DNA of 64,000 nt, from the NCBI GenBank assembly GCA_046563655.1, contig CM102283.1, forward strand, positions 744,001 to 808,000, written 5' to 3'. This document shows positions 25,231 to 37,845 of this stretch, in pieces. Position 1 is the stretch's first letter. Each line of letters begins with the position of its first letter. The translations under genes and the position numbers were made by a program. Source of the DNA: Yuukianura sp. NJ FZ-2021 (Eukaryota). The notes beneath the pieces are model-generated. The model did not search any database. It saw nothing but the letters and a program-made list of their open reading frames with translations, and had not been told where the DNA came from.

Positions 25231-25609
25231 TACCTCCATTCTTTGAATTTGCGACAAAGGTCCGTATAATAGATTCTTGTTGAAGTTGAAATAAATGTGT
25301 AGTATTTTCCAAAAGAAACTGTGGAATTCCAGTTTAATGCGTCTGTTATGTTATCTTGAATACGGAAACCACCTTACTAATCTTTGATGCTCAGAGGAGT
25401 CCGAAAATTCGGAGGATTAGTATGCTGCTGGCATTTTCTTGTTGCGGTAGCAGTAAACATAAAATACCTCCATTGTAACCACACAGTGTACCCTCCGACG
25501 ATGTGCTAATAATACGATGTTGGTTACAAATATCTACTGACAACCTGATTTACTAAACATTAAGAACATCTTTGTATAACCATTAGGCAGTTACAAAAAT
25601 TGCAACGTC

Positions 25610-25791
25610 TACAGAGAGTATGCCGACTTAGAAACTACAAAATTTGCTATTGTCATTGTAAAATTCGCCTATTGGGTGGATTTTGCAATGGCAATAGGAC
25701 CACAAAGTAAGGAAATTTTCCAACTCCCATTTGTCAAATTGGCATTTTGTATTTTGTAGTTTATAGTTTCTAAGTTGGAATACTTTTTGTA
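25610..25791. mobile_element. Degraded small MITE-like inverted repeat
   Basis: tacagagagtatgccgacttagaaactacaaaat pairs imperfectly with attttgtagtttatagtttctaagttggaatactttttgta; not found in the paralogous intergenic region near 31130. Confidence 0.45.
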
Positions 25792-26182
25792 CAATGAATT
25801 ACAATGTTACGCTGCATATATTACAATGGGTGCAAGTTTAGTGTACTCCAACATTGTAAAGTACAACATTGAATTCAATTGTAGAAAAAAATCATAAACA
25901 AAACAAGATTATTGGAGAATTGTTACTATCTGTCTTAAGTTATTGTTATTTATTAATTTGACTATTTGACTCAATCTCTTGAACGATCTACTTATTCCCA
26001 GACATGGTGTACTGAAAGCTTCAGCGTCGCTGGATTCGAAAATCGAGATGGAGTTTTGTTCATTACTTGGTAAATGCAGTTGAAAGAAGAAAGAACTGAA
26101 TTAAAGATTTCTATTTTTCTAGTTTTGTCAAATCGTCAAATGATATATGTAACAATGCTTTCTGTATGTAGAGAATAAGGAA

Positions 26183-29100
26183 ATGTACCACAGAACATGT
26201 GTGCTCTGTTCCGGAAATGTGGATTTGGTGAACGAAGATCAACCGGACGACAAGACAGAACACCTAACCAAATTCATCCCACGTCTACTCCGTATTCAAG
26301 CACCGCCTGATTTAGTAAATGATCTCCCTAGAACTTCAGTTTGTTCAGGTTGCTCTGGGCTAGTCGAAGAAGGTCGCAAGATGTTACTCCAATTGGATCA
26401 AATCCAGAAGAAAATCGATGACATTTCCATATTACTCAAAGTCAAAATCATGGAAGGATTTGTCAGGCAATCGACCGCTTCTAATACTCAAGGCTACCCC
26501 GCCGTTCGAAAATTGACTGACAAAGTGAGGGGAAGCCTTGCCGGATGTAAGTAAAAACTTCTATTGCTATTTTACAAATGACTGTTAGGTTAATATTCTG
26601 AATTACTTTCATTAAATTCATAATTTCAGGCCTCAACTTGGGATCTGTGGTGAACAGTCTGGCAAGGTCGTCAGTTCAAACTGATACTAGCGAACAGAAT
26701 TCGGTTGCGTTAGACTCCGACGACATGAGTTTAGAGGCGGAAGATGCTGCAAGTTCAAATGATATTGACTACGGGGTGATACGGATGAGGTTGAAAGTTT
26801 CTTTTCGCCCGTGAATCATCAAACTGTATCTAACCAAGAAGCGGGAGGTGTTATTACTGGCATACCCAAGTCAGTGGGTCATCGGCGCACAAATTTGCAA
26901 GGAAAAACACCATTGGGGAGACCAACAATAATCAATCCCAAGGAATGTATATCTGTCCCATCATCTGCTGATGACGAGGGATTAAATGATGTCAGTGTAG
27001 TGCGCAAGCGTACCAGGAATCCAAATTTTACCGACGATGAAGTGTCAATACTGGTATCTGAGTACAAGAAACACAAAAGACGCAGTCGTGATCCAAATCA
27101 CCCTCAAAAGAGGATTGAGTGGGAAGAAATTGCAAAGACAGTTCACAAACGTTCGTCTTCCCAAGTTTGCCGTACCGGGGGACAATGTGAACGGAAGATT
27201 ATTGATATGAGGCATCGTCCTATTGGCCTTACGCATTTACTAAAAGATGACTGCGATTACAGTTGGAAGACATCTGATGGAGAAGGTATATTATGAATGT
27301 AAATAAGCATCTTTTTTGAAAGAAATATTGAACTTTTATTGAGTTTGTTTTCAGACAATACTACAGACGATGATAAAGACAAAGACGAAGATGACAACGA
27401 CGACGCAGTGTTGAATCGAGTAGATGACGCAGAGGAAGACGTAGAAGAAAATACTTCACTTGGTTTTGCAGAAGAACGGCAGTCGATTGAATTTACAGAG
27501 GAAATTTTACTACTGGTAAAAGAGTACCAGGAGCACATACGACGGTGCTCTGACCCAGATGACCCCCAGAACGCGATTAATTGGGCGGAAATCGCACAGG
27601 CAGTTTCTACTGGATCATCTTCGAAGCTTCCATGCACGGCAATCCTGTGTAAAAGAAAAATTATGGACATGCAGAGGCGTGGAGATCTTGTGATATTGCG
27701 TCAAAATACAAATATGAACACTCCTCGTGAAGCAGGTAAGCATCACTTACATCACAAACAGGCCGATAGTTTCTTTTTCATTTTCTACCCACTTAAAGTT
27801 TCACTTTCAATCCAACCTTTAGTGAACATTATGTTAGATGGTGATTTCGAAATGGATCAAAGCAGTCATCAAGACTACAGGGATGACGATGATGCAGGAA
27901 TGGAGCTAGCAGCGGAAAGTTCAGAGTTAAAGGTTCCAGAGAAAGTCCGACTGGGCAGCAAGAGGATACCAAATTTTATGATCGATGAAGTTGCAATTCT
28001 TGTGTCCGAGTACAAGAAGCACCTTAGAAGGAGTGCTGACCCAGATCACCCTCAGGAGCGGATTGATTGGAACAAAATTGCGGAGGAAGTTTTCACTCGT
28101 TCCAGTTCGACATATCACCGTACGGCAAGGCAATGTAGAGTCAAAATATCGGACCTGAGGAGGAGAATTTGCAGGGGATTGGACGAAGTTATAGACGATG
28201 ACAAAATTGTGAATGCTACACACGACCCAGGTGAATCGCCAACACACCTTGTATTTTTTTTAGAATTCAAAGCACTGTTAATCTGTGTTTCAGAAGAGGA
28301 TAGAACTACTATCAACAAGAATCATGCGAGGTATCAGATTCGACTTGATGTAGATATTCAATCTGACAGCGGAACAGGTAAATTTTTAAACGAATCGGCA
28401 CTTTTAGTAGTTGTTGTTCTTTTTCTTTAATTCTTTTGTGGAAAAATTAAGTCTTCCTTTATTTTTTTTCTATCAGATGACTTCACGGAGGATCAAGGTA
28501 ATGACGACGATATTACGAACTCTGAGAATGCGGAACAACATAAGGAGTCGGAAGGGAAATTGAGAAGGAAGCCTAATTTCGGCAAAGATGAAACCGATAT
28601 ACTAGTAAAGGAGTATCGGAAACACTTGATACGGTGTGCTGATGTAATCGACCCGCAGAAGACGGTTGACTGGAACCAAATTTCAAAGGCAGTTTCCATA
28701 CGTTCGTCTTCAAAAGTCTATCGCAGTGCGCGGAATTGCAGAAGGAAAATAGTAGATATGAAGCATCGCGGACAACTAGTGGTATTGGGAAATAGCAAAA
28801 CACCAACTACTCAAGGAACAGGTAACGCCTTACAGCATTATCGTTAATAGAAATTTTTTTTGCTAATAAATATGTGTTGTCAAATCTAATCATGTGCTGA
28901 TTGGTGTTGATTTCAGATGATAATTCCTCAGAAGCTCAGCATCTGGACCAGATTGATGAATATGTCGACGATTCGGAGTTATTAGCTGATGACATGGAAG
29001 TAAACGATGGCTCTGTGGCGAAGCGAATGAGAATGCCTAATTTTATGGCCGATGAGGTTGGAATCTTGGTTGCTGAGTACAAGTTACAGTTAGTTGTGAC

Positions 29101-30484
29101 ATCTGACCCAAGTCACCCTCAGAAAACGATTGACTGGGACAAAATTGCCGAAGCCGTATCTACTCGCTCCGTGTCAACATTTCGACGTACAGCGGACCAA
29201 TGTCGGTCGAAAATTACGGACATGAAGAGGAAGACTTGTACGGGACTGGATGAGGTCATAGATGATGACAAGATTTTGAAAAGTGCTTCTGAAGCAGGTG
29301 AATTTCTAAAGTTGTTCACATGAATGCAAAGTTTATTTCAAAAAATTAATTATATGATTCTTTTAGTCTATGAAGTGATGCTGCCCAACGGGAATTTCTC
29401 ATTAAGAAGATTCGTCGTCGAACTCGTACGTTGTGATCATCAGAAGATTCCAGTATTTCCAGTTCGAGAAAACACCAAGAAGAAACTGATGAATCAAAGA
29501 ATCAAGGCGCTCCGGATTTTGGCGCAAAAGAAGAGGCTAGAGCAGCAACGGAAATTGAAATGTTCATTCTGCCCCATTCAGTTTCCTACTCGTCATCTCT
29601 TGTATCGCCATCAAACCGTGGCTCATACACATCCAATATCAGGGGCTAAATTGACCTATTTGTGCTCATTCGATGGCTGTCACGAACGTTTTGCTTCAAC
29701 CGGCAACCTTGAGCGCCATCTCATCAACGTTCATGAATCACAGCTTGCCTACTTTTGTGACCTTGATAACTGTGCCAGTGGATTCTGCACAACCGTAGCC
29801 TTGGAAGTTCACAAACGAAGGCGCCATGATTCATCCTTGAAAAAGTTTCGCTGTGACGTCTGTGGCCGTGCTTTTATGACGGAAGACGGTTGTGCTAATC
29901 ACATGCGAAGTCACAAGGAGAGAAAACAGTTTCTCTGTGAAACTTGCAGCCAAGAGTTTCGCTCACAGCGGACATTGGAATCCCACCGAGGAAAAGAACA
30001 TGGAGAGACCTTTCCATGTCCAGACTGCCCGCAGGTATGTGCCAGTAGAGAAGCACTCAAGAATCACTGTATTGTCAGCCATTTGGAAGGCGGGAGAACC
30101 AAATTCCTAAGATACGTCTGCGCAACTCCAGATTGTTCAAGGAGATTCAGAACTCCTTCGTCGTTAAGATATCATACACAGAGGTTCCATTCAGGAGAAA
30201 AGAATTTCCAATGCGACAAATGTCCGTCGGCCTTCACATGTGAACGGAACCTTGTACGTCATACTGTACATACACATGGAGATACGAAGAAGAGGAAATG
30301 CCCGTACTGCTGCCGAGTGATGGGACAAGGAACGTTGCGAAATCATATCAAAGTTATTCATGAAAAGAGAACTGATATCAAATGTGACATTTGCGGAGAG
30401 GGATTTCCACTGAGAAAGTACTATACGAGGCATCGCGATCGCTGCCATCCGACCAATAACGTTCACAGTTCAACTGAAAACTGA
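26183..30484 (+). CDS. ZAD-like + 5x Myb/SANT-like + 10x C2H2 zinc finger gene, copy 1; exons 26183-26546, 26630-27285, 27355-27735, 27838-28230, 28294-28377, 28477-28821, 28917-29297, 29367-30484; +2 frameshift at 26773-26776
   Basis: N-terminal CVLC...CSGC; repeated R.PNF..DEV.ILV.EY..H....W..IA..V....RT..QC..KI.DM; 10 C2H2 fingers in the last exon. Exon 2 is 656 nt (not 3n) and hits TGA at 26812. Confidence 0.8.
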
Positions 30485-30693
30485 CCGTTGGGAATGTGAC
30501 GTTCACAACAAAGTAATTTTGTTTATCAAAAGTAAGATCTCATTTCTTTTTATTCCCACAACTTTCAGCAAAATAGCAATTGTAACTTTAACTACTCCTC
30601 TGGTGCAAACATTGTGGATCATCTTGATACTTCTAATTACAATAATTAATATTAATAATTACATAAAGTAAATAAGTCGTATTTTATTTGCTG

Positions 30694-30752
30694 ATCCAAC
30701 ATTTCAAGTGGCATCGAAATCATACTGTTATTGACAACTACATGTTGCCCAA
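30694..30752 (+). pseudogene. Duplicated fragment of the PPT2 last exon, marking the duplication junction
   Basis: atccaacatttcaagtggcatcgaaatcatactgttattgacaactacatgttgcccaatccggactga parallels 25162-25230 and is followed by a copy of the PPT2 3' flank. Confidence 0.85.
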
Positions 30753-31472
30753 TCCGGACTGATACCGTTGTTCTTTGAATTTGTGTTCATACTAGATTCT
30801 AGTTGAAGTTGAAATAAAATATGTAAGTATTTTTAAAAGGAAAGTGTGATATTCCACTCTAATTAATTGTAGAAATCTTGAATACGGAAATCACATAACT
30901 CCAACTTGGATACGCAAAGGACTCCGAGAATTCTGAGGATTAGTGCACCGCTGGTGTTTTCTTGTTGCCGATTTGAACCTAAATTACCTCCATTGTAACC
31001 ATACAGTCTAACCAGTGACGGCATTTTTGTCGTTACAACAATGTAACGGCAATTTAGGTCATCAATTTGAACCACACAATATAACCACCCCATGGTTACG
31101 CTAGCCTTCAGACGATTACAGGAATTGCAATTATTATATGGTTACACTGGGAATGCTACATTGGGTATAACGTCACTGTACTCCAACATACAATAGAGCA
31201 TTGAATTCCCCAAGAGTACACAAAAATCATAAACAAAAACAAGGTTATTGGAAACAGTTTGTTGTATTTAATTAGTATTAATTAGACTCAGTTTCTCGGA
31301 CGATCTGATTTATGGCAATGCTGTACTGAAGCTTCAGCGTCGCTGGATTCGAAAATCAAAATGGAGTTTTGTTCATTACTTGGTAAATGGATTTAAAACA
31401 GATTTAAAGATTATGATTTTTCTCTTTTTGCCAAATGATTAACAATGTTTTCGGTATGTAGAAAATAAAGAA

Positions 31473-34400
31473 ATGTACCACAGAACATGTGTGCTCTGTT
31501 CCGGAACTGTTCTGGATTTGGAAAATGAAGATGTACCGGATACAGAACACCTAATGAAATCCATCCCTCGACTACTCCATATCGAAGCACCGTCTGATTT
31601 AGTAAATGATCTCTCTCGAACTTCTGTTTGTTCGGCTTGCTCTGAACCAATTGGAGAAGGTCATAAAATGTTACTCCAATTGGATCAAATCCAGAAGAAA
31701 ATCGATGACATTTCCATATTACTCAAAGTCAAAATCATGGAAGGAATTGTGAGGCAATCCACCGCTACTAACACTCGATGCTACCCTGCCGTTCGAAAAT
31801 TGACTGACAAAGTGAGAGGAAATCTTGCTGGGTGTAAGTAAAAGTTAGTGTTGGAATTTTACCGATGATCATTGGGTTGACAACTTTCTGAATAACTTTA
31901 ATTTTCCCTTAATTTCAGGCCTCAACTTGGGATCTGTCGTAAACACACTAGCAAAGTTATCAGATAAAAGTGATGCCAGTGAGCAGAATTCGGTTGTGCT
32001 AGACTCTGATCCTCTGAGAACAGAAGTAGATACATCATATCATCTTTCAAGTTCGAATGATATTGAGTACGGTGATGCGGATGACGCTGGAGCTTTCTTT
32101 TCACCAGCGGATGATGAAAGTCCATGTAATGAAGAAGGGGAAGCTCTTACGACTGAGATACACAACTCAGTGGGTCATGGATATGCAACTTTTCAACAGC
32201 AACCGTTACTCGTGAGGTCACCAATCACCAATGCCAACGAACGCATCCATGTCACGTCATCTGCAGAAAACCTGGGATTAAATGATACCAATGCTCGACG
32301 CAAGCGTATCAGGAACCCAAATTTTACGCCTGCTGAAGTTTCAATACTTGTATCCGAGTACAAAAAGCATAAAAGGCGCAGTCGTAACCCAAACCACCCT
32401 CAAAAGAGGATTGAGTGGGAGAAAATCGCAAAGACAGTTCGCAAACGTTCGTCTTCTCAAGTCCGACGTACGGGGGAACAATGTGAAAGGAAGATTTCGG
32501 ATATGATGCGTGCTCGCTACGGCCTTGCCCATTTGCTAAAAGATGACAACGATGACATTTTGGAAACGGCTGACGATGGAGAGGGTAACTTAGAAAGGAA
32601 AGGTTTTGTTTTGAATTTTAAATAAAAATTAAGCTCTCATGATTTCTGTTTTTCAGGTAGTAATTCCGATGAGGATGAAGACGTTGACTCCCACCTACGA
32701 GGCGATAATGAAGGAAGCAGAGGTGATATTAGTCAAATTAAAATTACAAATATCACTACCGCAAATACCAGTAGCGGTACTTTGAGAGAACTCTTCAAGG
32801 ATGATGCGATTTTGAAAAATCCTAACGAATCCGGTAAGTTGAAATGTGTACAACCACTTACTACCGCCACTTAAAGGGAATATCAGAATTCCTTTTTCAT
32901 AAAAAAATTAGACTATATCTTTATGATCTTGATTTCAGATGATGATTCCAGAGACGATGACTGGAACCCCCGGGATGAAGACTGTGAAGATGTTGAATTG
33001 GAACACGCAGATGAAGCACAAAACAATACCAAACAGAATGTTGAATCTGGAGGCAGGAAAAGGCAACCCAATTTTACGAGGAAGGAGGTTATCACACTGG
33101 CTACAGAATACAAGGAACACCTAAGAAGGCGCTCCGATCCTAATCATTCGCAGAATAGGATTGAGTGGGATGAAATTGCAGAGATAGTGTACAAACGTTC
33201 GTCTTCGAAGGTTCGACGTACCGGGGAACAATGCCAACAGAAAATTAGGCATATGAAGGATAGTCGTAGTGGATTTCTACACTTGCTAAAGAGTGATTCG
33301 ATCCTGGAAGGTACTGATAAAGCTAAAACAGGTAATTTTTTTTAAATGTGTCAAGTTTCTCTTGCTATCACGTAGAGACTTTCATCGTCTTCCAGAATAA
33401 TTACTAAGGTTGCGTGTGTTATCTTTATCTCAGATGATTCCAATCAAGATGACTATGGAGAATTAAATACTACAGACGATGATTTGGAAGAAGATGTTTC
33501 ATTTGGTTTCGCCAAACGGAGGCAACCGAATTACTTTAAGGATGAGATTTCAATACTTGCAAGAGAATACCAGGAACACCTAAGACGCTGCTCTGACCCC
33601 AGCCACCCCCAGAACAGGATTGGGTGGGCAGAAATCGCAGAGGCAGTTTCTACTGGATCGTCTTCAAAGTTCCGACGCACGGCCCATATGTGCCAAAGAA
33701 AAATTATTGATATGAAGAACCGTGGAGATCTGGCGATATTACGAGGAAATAGGAAAATTAACACTAATGTTGAAGCAGGTAAGCATTGCACTAAACTTAT
33801 CAAGTGCTTCGTCATGTCTTAGTCAATGCAGTTAAAGAATTGAGTGAACTTTATTTCAGATGGTGAGTTGCAAATGGATCAGGAGAAAACTCGTATTGAC
33901 GACGTTGCAACGGAGTCGGCAGCGAGTGGTGTGGATATAAATGTTGTATATTCAGTTCGCGAGCACAGGAAGAGGTTACCAATTTTTAAAATGGATGAAG
34001 TCTCTATTCTGGTGTCCGAATACAAAAAACACTTGAGGAGTAGTGCCGACCCAGATAACCCGCAGGAACGGATCGAGTGGGACAAAATTGCAGAGGAAGT
34101 TTCTACTCGTTCCGGATCGAAATATCAACGTACGGCGGTACAATGCGAAGCCAAAATTAGTGAAATGAAACGAAAGATTTGTAGGGGTTTGAAGGAGCTA
34201 ATAGACGATGACAAAATTTTGAACAGTCCTCCTGAGCAAGGTAATTTCTAAAATATCCACGGAGGTAAATGGATACATTTGACGATTCCGTTTGCGTTGG
34301 AGACATATTATAACCAGTGCTCATTTTCTTTTCAGAAGATGATAGCATTCCTGTAGAGGATCAGTGGAAGTACTACATTCGACTGGACGAAGAGTGTGTT

Positions 34401-37270
34401 GACTCGGAAGCAATTGGAGACGACCTATTCGTAGAGAAAAACGTTGAATCAACACAAAAACCGAAGAGACCGATTTTCGTAATGAGTGAGATTACTATCC
34501 TGGTATCCGAATACAAGAAACATTTAAGAAGGTGCGCTGACCCACATCACCCCCAGAAGAGTGTTGATTGGAAGAAAATTGCAAAGGCTGTTAATTCTAA
34601 ATCTTGCTCAGAATTTCAACGCACCGAGGAACAATGTCGAAAGAAAATCAGTGATATGAGACGTCCACACAATGGTCTCGGAAAAATACAACTGCTAGAC
34701 GATGTTGCACTTTTGAATGCTGGTGGTGAAACAGGTAACTTCTAAACCAATCTTTGTTTTCTGATGTTCAAGATTCTGTTCACTATTTTTTTCTTTCAAT
34801 CTTTTTTTCTTTTTTAGATGAGTTTTTAGAGGAGCAGAGTGATGACGATAATTTGGAATCGACGACTGGTGACGCAGATGAAAAAAATGAATCTAAACGG
34901 AAGCAGAGAAGGAAGCCTAATTTTGCGAAGGATGAGGTGTCTATACTCGTAGACGAATATGGCAAACACTTGAGACGTTGCTGTGACTCACGTCACCCTC
35001 AGAAGACGGTTAATTGGGAGCAGATTGCAAGAGTAGTTTCCACGAATTCGGCTTCAACTGTGGAGCGCAGCGCTGAAAATTGTAACCAGAAAATTACTGA
35101 TATGAAGTGTCGTAAACAGCTTGTGATATTGCGAAACGATAAAAAACCAACACTTGCTACTGAGGAAGGTATGAACAAAACATCGTTAGTCGCCAAGCAT
35201 TTTTGTGGAATCAGATTACCTCTTACGAGGGAAACCTTTTGACGTGATCTCGGTAAAAATTACATTCTATTAGGCATGTCGAAAGAAAATTTCCGCAGTA
35301 GTTTCCGTTGCCAACGCCAAAAATTATATACCCAGACCTGCACTCGAAACCGTATCCCCGCCCCGCTTCAAAATATTGAGAAAATATTTTTTTATGTCGC
35401 ACTCCTCAACAGGAAACGTCCAGAATGTATGACATCCTAAACACGTTTTCTGCTGAAGAATTCGACATAAAAAATTTTTTTTTGTCGTCCGAAATGGAAA
35501 TGAAATGAAGTGGTGCCAGGGGTTCGAGCCCATGTGGGAGCAATTTTTTTGGCGTTGGCAATAGAAACTACTGCAGTAAACTTTCTTTTGACATACGGAA
35601 TATAACGGTAGCTTTCAGTTCAAAAGTTGATCACGTCAAATGGTTTCCCTCGTTAGTTGTGTTAACCATAACCTGAAACTGATTATGTTTTTGTTGTTTC
35701 AGATGACAATTTCGCACAAGCTCTGGACCAAGATGCCGAAAGTGTTAATGAATCGGGGTTTACACTTGATGATGTTGATTTCGAAGTAAATGGTGGCTCT
35801 TCTGCGCCCAAGCGAATGAGGATGCCAAATTTTATGGTGGATGAGGTGGCAATCCTGGTAGCTGAGTACAAGTTTCAGTTGATCCTGAGATCTGATCCAA
35901 GTAACCCACAGAAGAAGATTGACTGGAACAAAATTGCAGAAGCAGTATCTTCCCGATCTTCCTCAAAATTCCAACGTACAGCGGCCCAATGTCAATCGAA
36001 AATTACGGATATGAAACGGAAGACTTGCACTGGACTGGACGAGCTGATAGATGATGAGAAAATTTTGAAAGGTGCTTCTGAAGCAGGTGAATTTGGTGAA
36101 TGTCAAATCGTTTGTAAAATATTAAACAAAACACTAGCGTATTGCAAGGACATAACTTATTAATTAATTTTGATAGCCTACGAGGTGACTGTGCCAAACG
36201 GAACTTTCGTACTGAAAAGATTCAAAGTGGACCTCGTACGCTGTGATGGTGATGGACCGACGATTTCAGTCCAAGATATGAAGCGCAAAATGATGCATCG
36301 AAGGATAAAGTTGATCCAAATTTGGTCTCAAAGGAAGAGGCTAGAGAAAGAAGGAAAATTCAAATGTTCGTCCTGCCCTATGAAGTTTCCCTCTCGTCTT
36401 CTTTTGTATCGCCATCAAACCAAGGCTCATCCTATGTCTGGGACTCCGTTGACCTACTTGTGTTCTTTCGATGGCTGTGACGTACGTTTTCCTTCAACGG
36501 TAAAGCTTGAGCGCCATCTCATCAACACCCATGGATCAGAACTTGCCCATTTTTGTGACCTTGATGACTGTGCCAGTGGATTCTGTACAACTATAGCGTT
36601 AGAAGATCACAAACGAAGGCGCCATGACCCATCGTTCAAAAAGTTTCGCTGTGACATCTGCCCCCGTGCTTTTATGACAGCCAAGGGATGTGACGATCAC
36701 AAACGAAGTCACATGGATGGAAAACAGTTTCTCTGTGAAACTTGCAGCCAAGAGTTTCGGTCACAGCTTACATTGGAATCTCATCGAGGAAAAGAACATG
36801 GAGAGACCTTTCCATGTCCAGACTGCGGGCACGTATGTGCGAGTAGAGTAGCACTCAAGAATCACTGTATGGTCAACCATTTGGAAGGCGGGAGAACTAA
36901 ATTCCTAAGATACGTCTGCGCAACTCCAGATTGTTCGAGAAGATTCAGAACTCCTTCGTCGTTAAGATATCATACACAGAGGTTCCATTCAGAAGAAAAG
37001 AATTTCCAATGCGACAAGTGTCCGTCGGCCTTCACATGTGAACGAAACCTTACACGTCATACAGTTCATACACATGGAGATACGAAAAAGAAGAAATGCC
37101 CGTACTGCTCCCATGTGATGGCACATGCGGTGGCGTTGCGAAATCATATCAAAGTTATTCATGAAAAAAGAACTGATATCAAGTGTGACATTTGCGGAGA
37201 GGGATTTCCACTCAGAAAGTACTACACGAGGCATCGAGATCGTTGTCATCCGACAAGCGTTCAAAGTTGA
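31473..37270 (+). CDS. ZAD-like + 7x Myb/SANT-like + 10x C2H2 zinc finger gene, copy 2 (~1516 aa if all exons are used); exons 31473-31833, 31919-32584, 32657-32833, 32939-33331, 33434-33778, 33860-34240, 34336-34734, 34818-35168, 35703-36086, 36177-37270
   Basis: All internal exons are GT-AG, phase 1-1, lengths divisible by 3 and open; same domain motifs as copy 1. Confidence 0.85.
35226..35652. mobile_element. Intronic MITE with TTA target duplication (PIF/Harbinger-like; a mariner-type origin is not excluded)
   Basis: TTA|CGAGGGAAACCTTTTGACGTGATC ... GATCACGTCAAATGGTTTCCCTCG|TTA, plus internal IR gcagtagtttccgttgccaacgccaaaaa / tttttggcgttggcaatagaaactactgc; absent from the matching intron of copy 1. 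Confidence 0.75.
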
Positions 37271-37414
37271 ACTGAAAAGTGACACTTAGAGGCGGTCAAA
37301 ACTAAATAATTTGCTAATGAAGATCTCATCTCTTTTTATTTCCAACCACAACTTCTAGTAAAATTCCAACTGTAACTTTTACTCCTGAACTGACACAACT
37401 GCACGATTTTGAAA

Positions 37415-37845
37415 CTACGCTTTCTTCTTTCCTCCGCATTTTCCATCAGTCGTAAGAACTGCAGTATAAGTGCAGGAGGGAAAAACGTTCTTGTCGGTTT
37501 TACAGTTGTAACCTTGGACGGGCGATAAGCAGTACTGTTTGCCTTTGTCCTTGAATGGGTTTACCTTCACAGCAGTCTCCTTACACAGCTTCCCGTTATC
37601 TTGACTGTCTTCTTCGCATTTGTCTTTATTCGGATTCTCCACCTTGTCCTGTGCAAAACAGGTTGTTACAGTGTAACTTGACATAAGACGTTCAGATATT
37701 ACATTTTAAGTAGTATATTATAATATTTATTAGCTAATTATAATATTTACTCTGGAATAGTATTTTGGTTTTATGGGATTTAGTGTCATTATTATTAACG
37801 AGCAGTATGTTACCCCAATAAACATGAAACCGCAAGTTCCCACAT
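37415..37845 (-). CDS. Small secreted Lys-rich protein with 6 Cys in the mature part; exons 37845-37814 and 37676-37415
   Basis: A phase-2 GT-AG intron joins MWELAVSCLLG to YTVTTCFAQDKVENP..., producing a signal peptide. Confidence 0.65.

Noticed and set aside
26879-37285. Antisense ORFs over the ZNF genes
   Set aside because: Shadow frames of the + strand coding exons.
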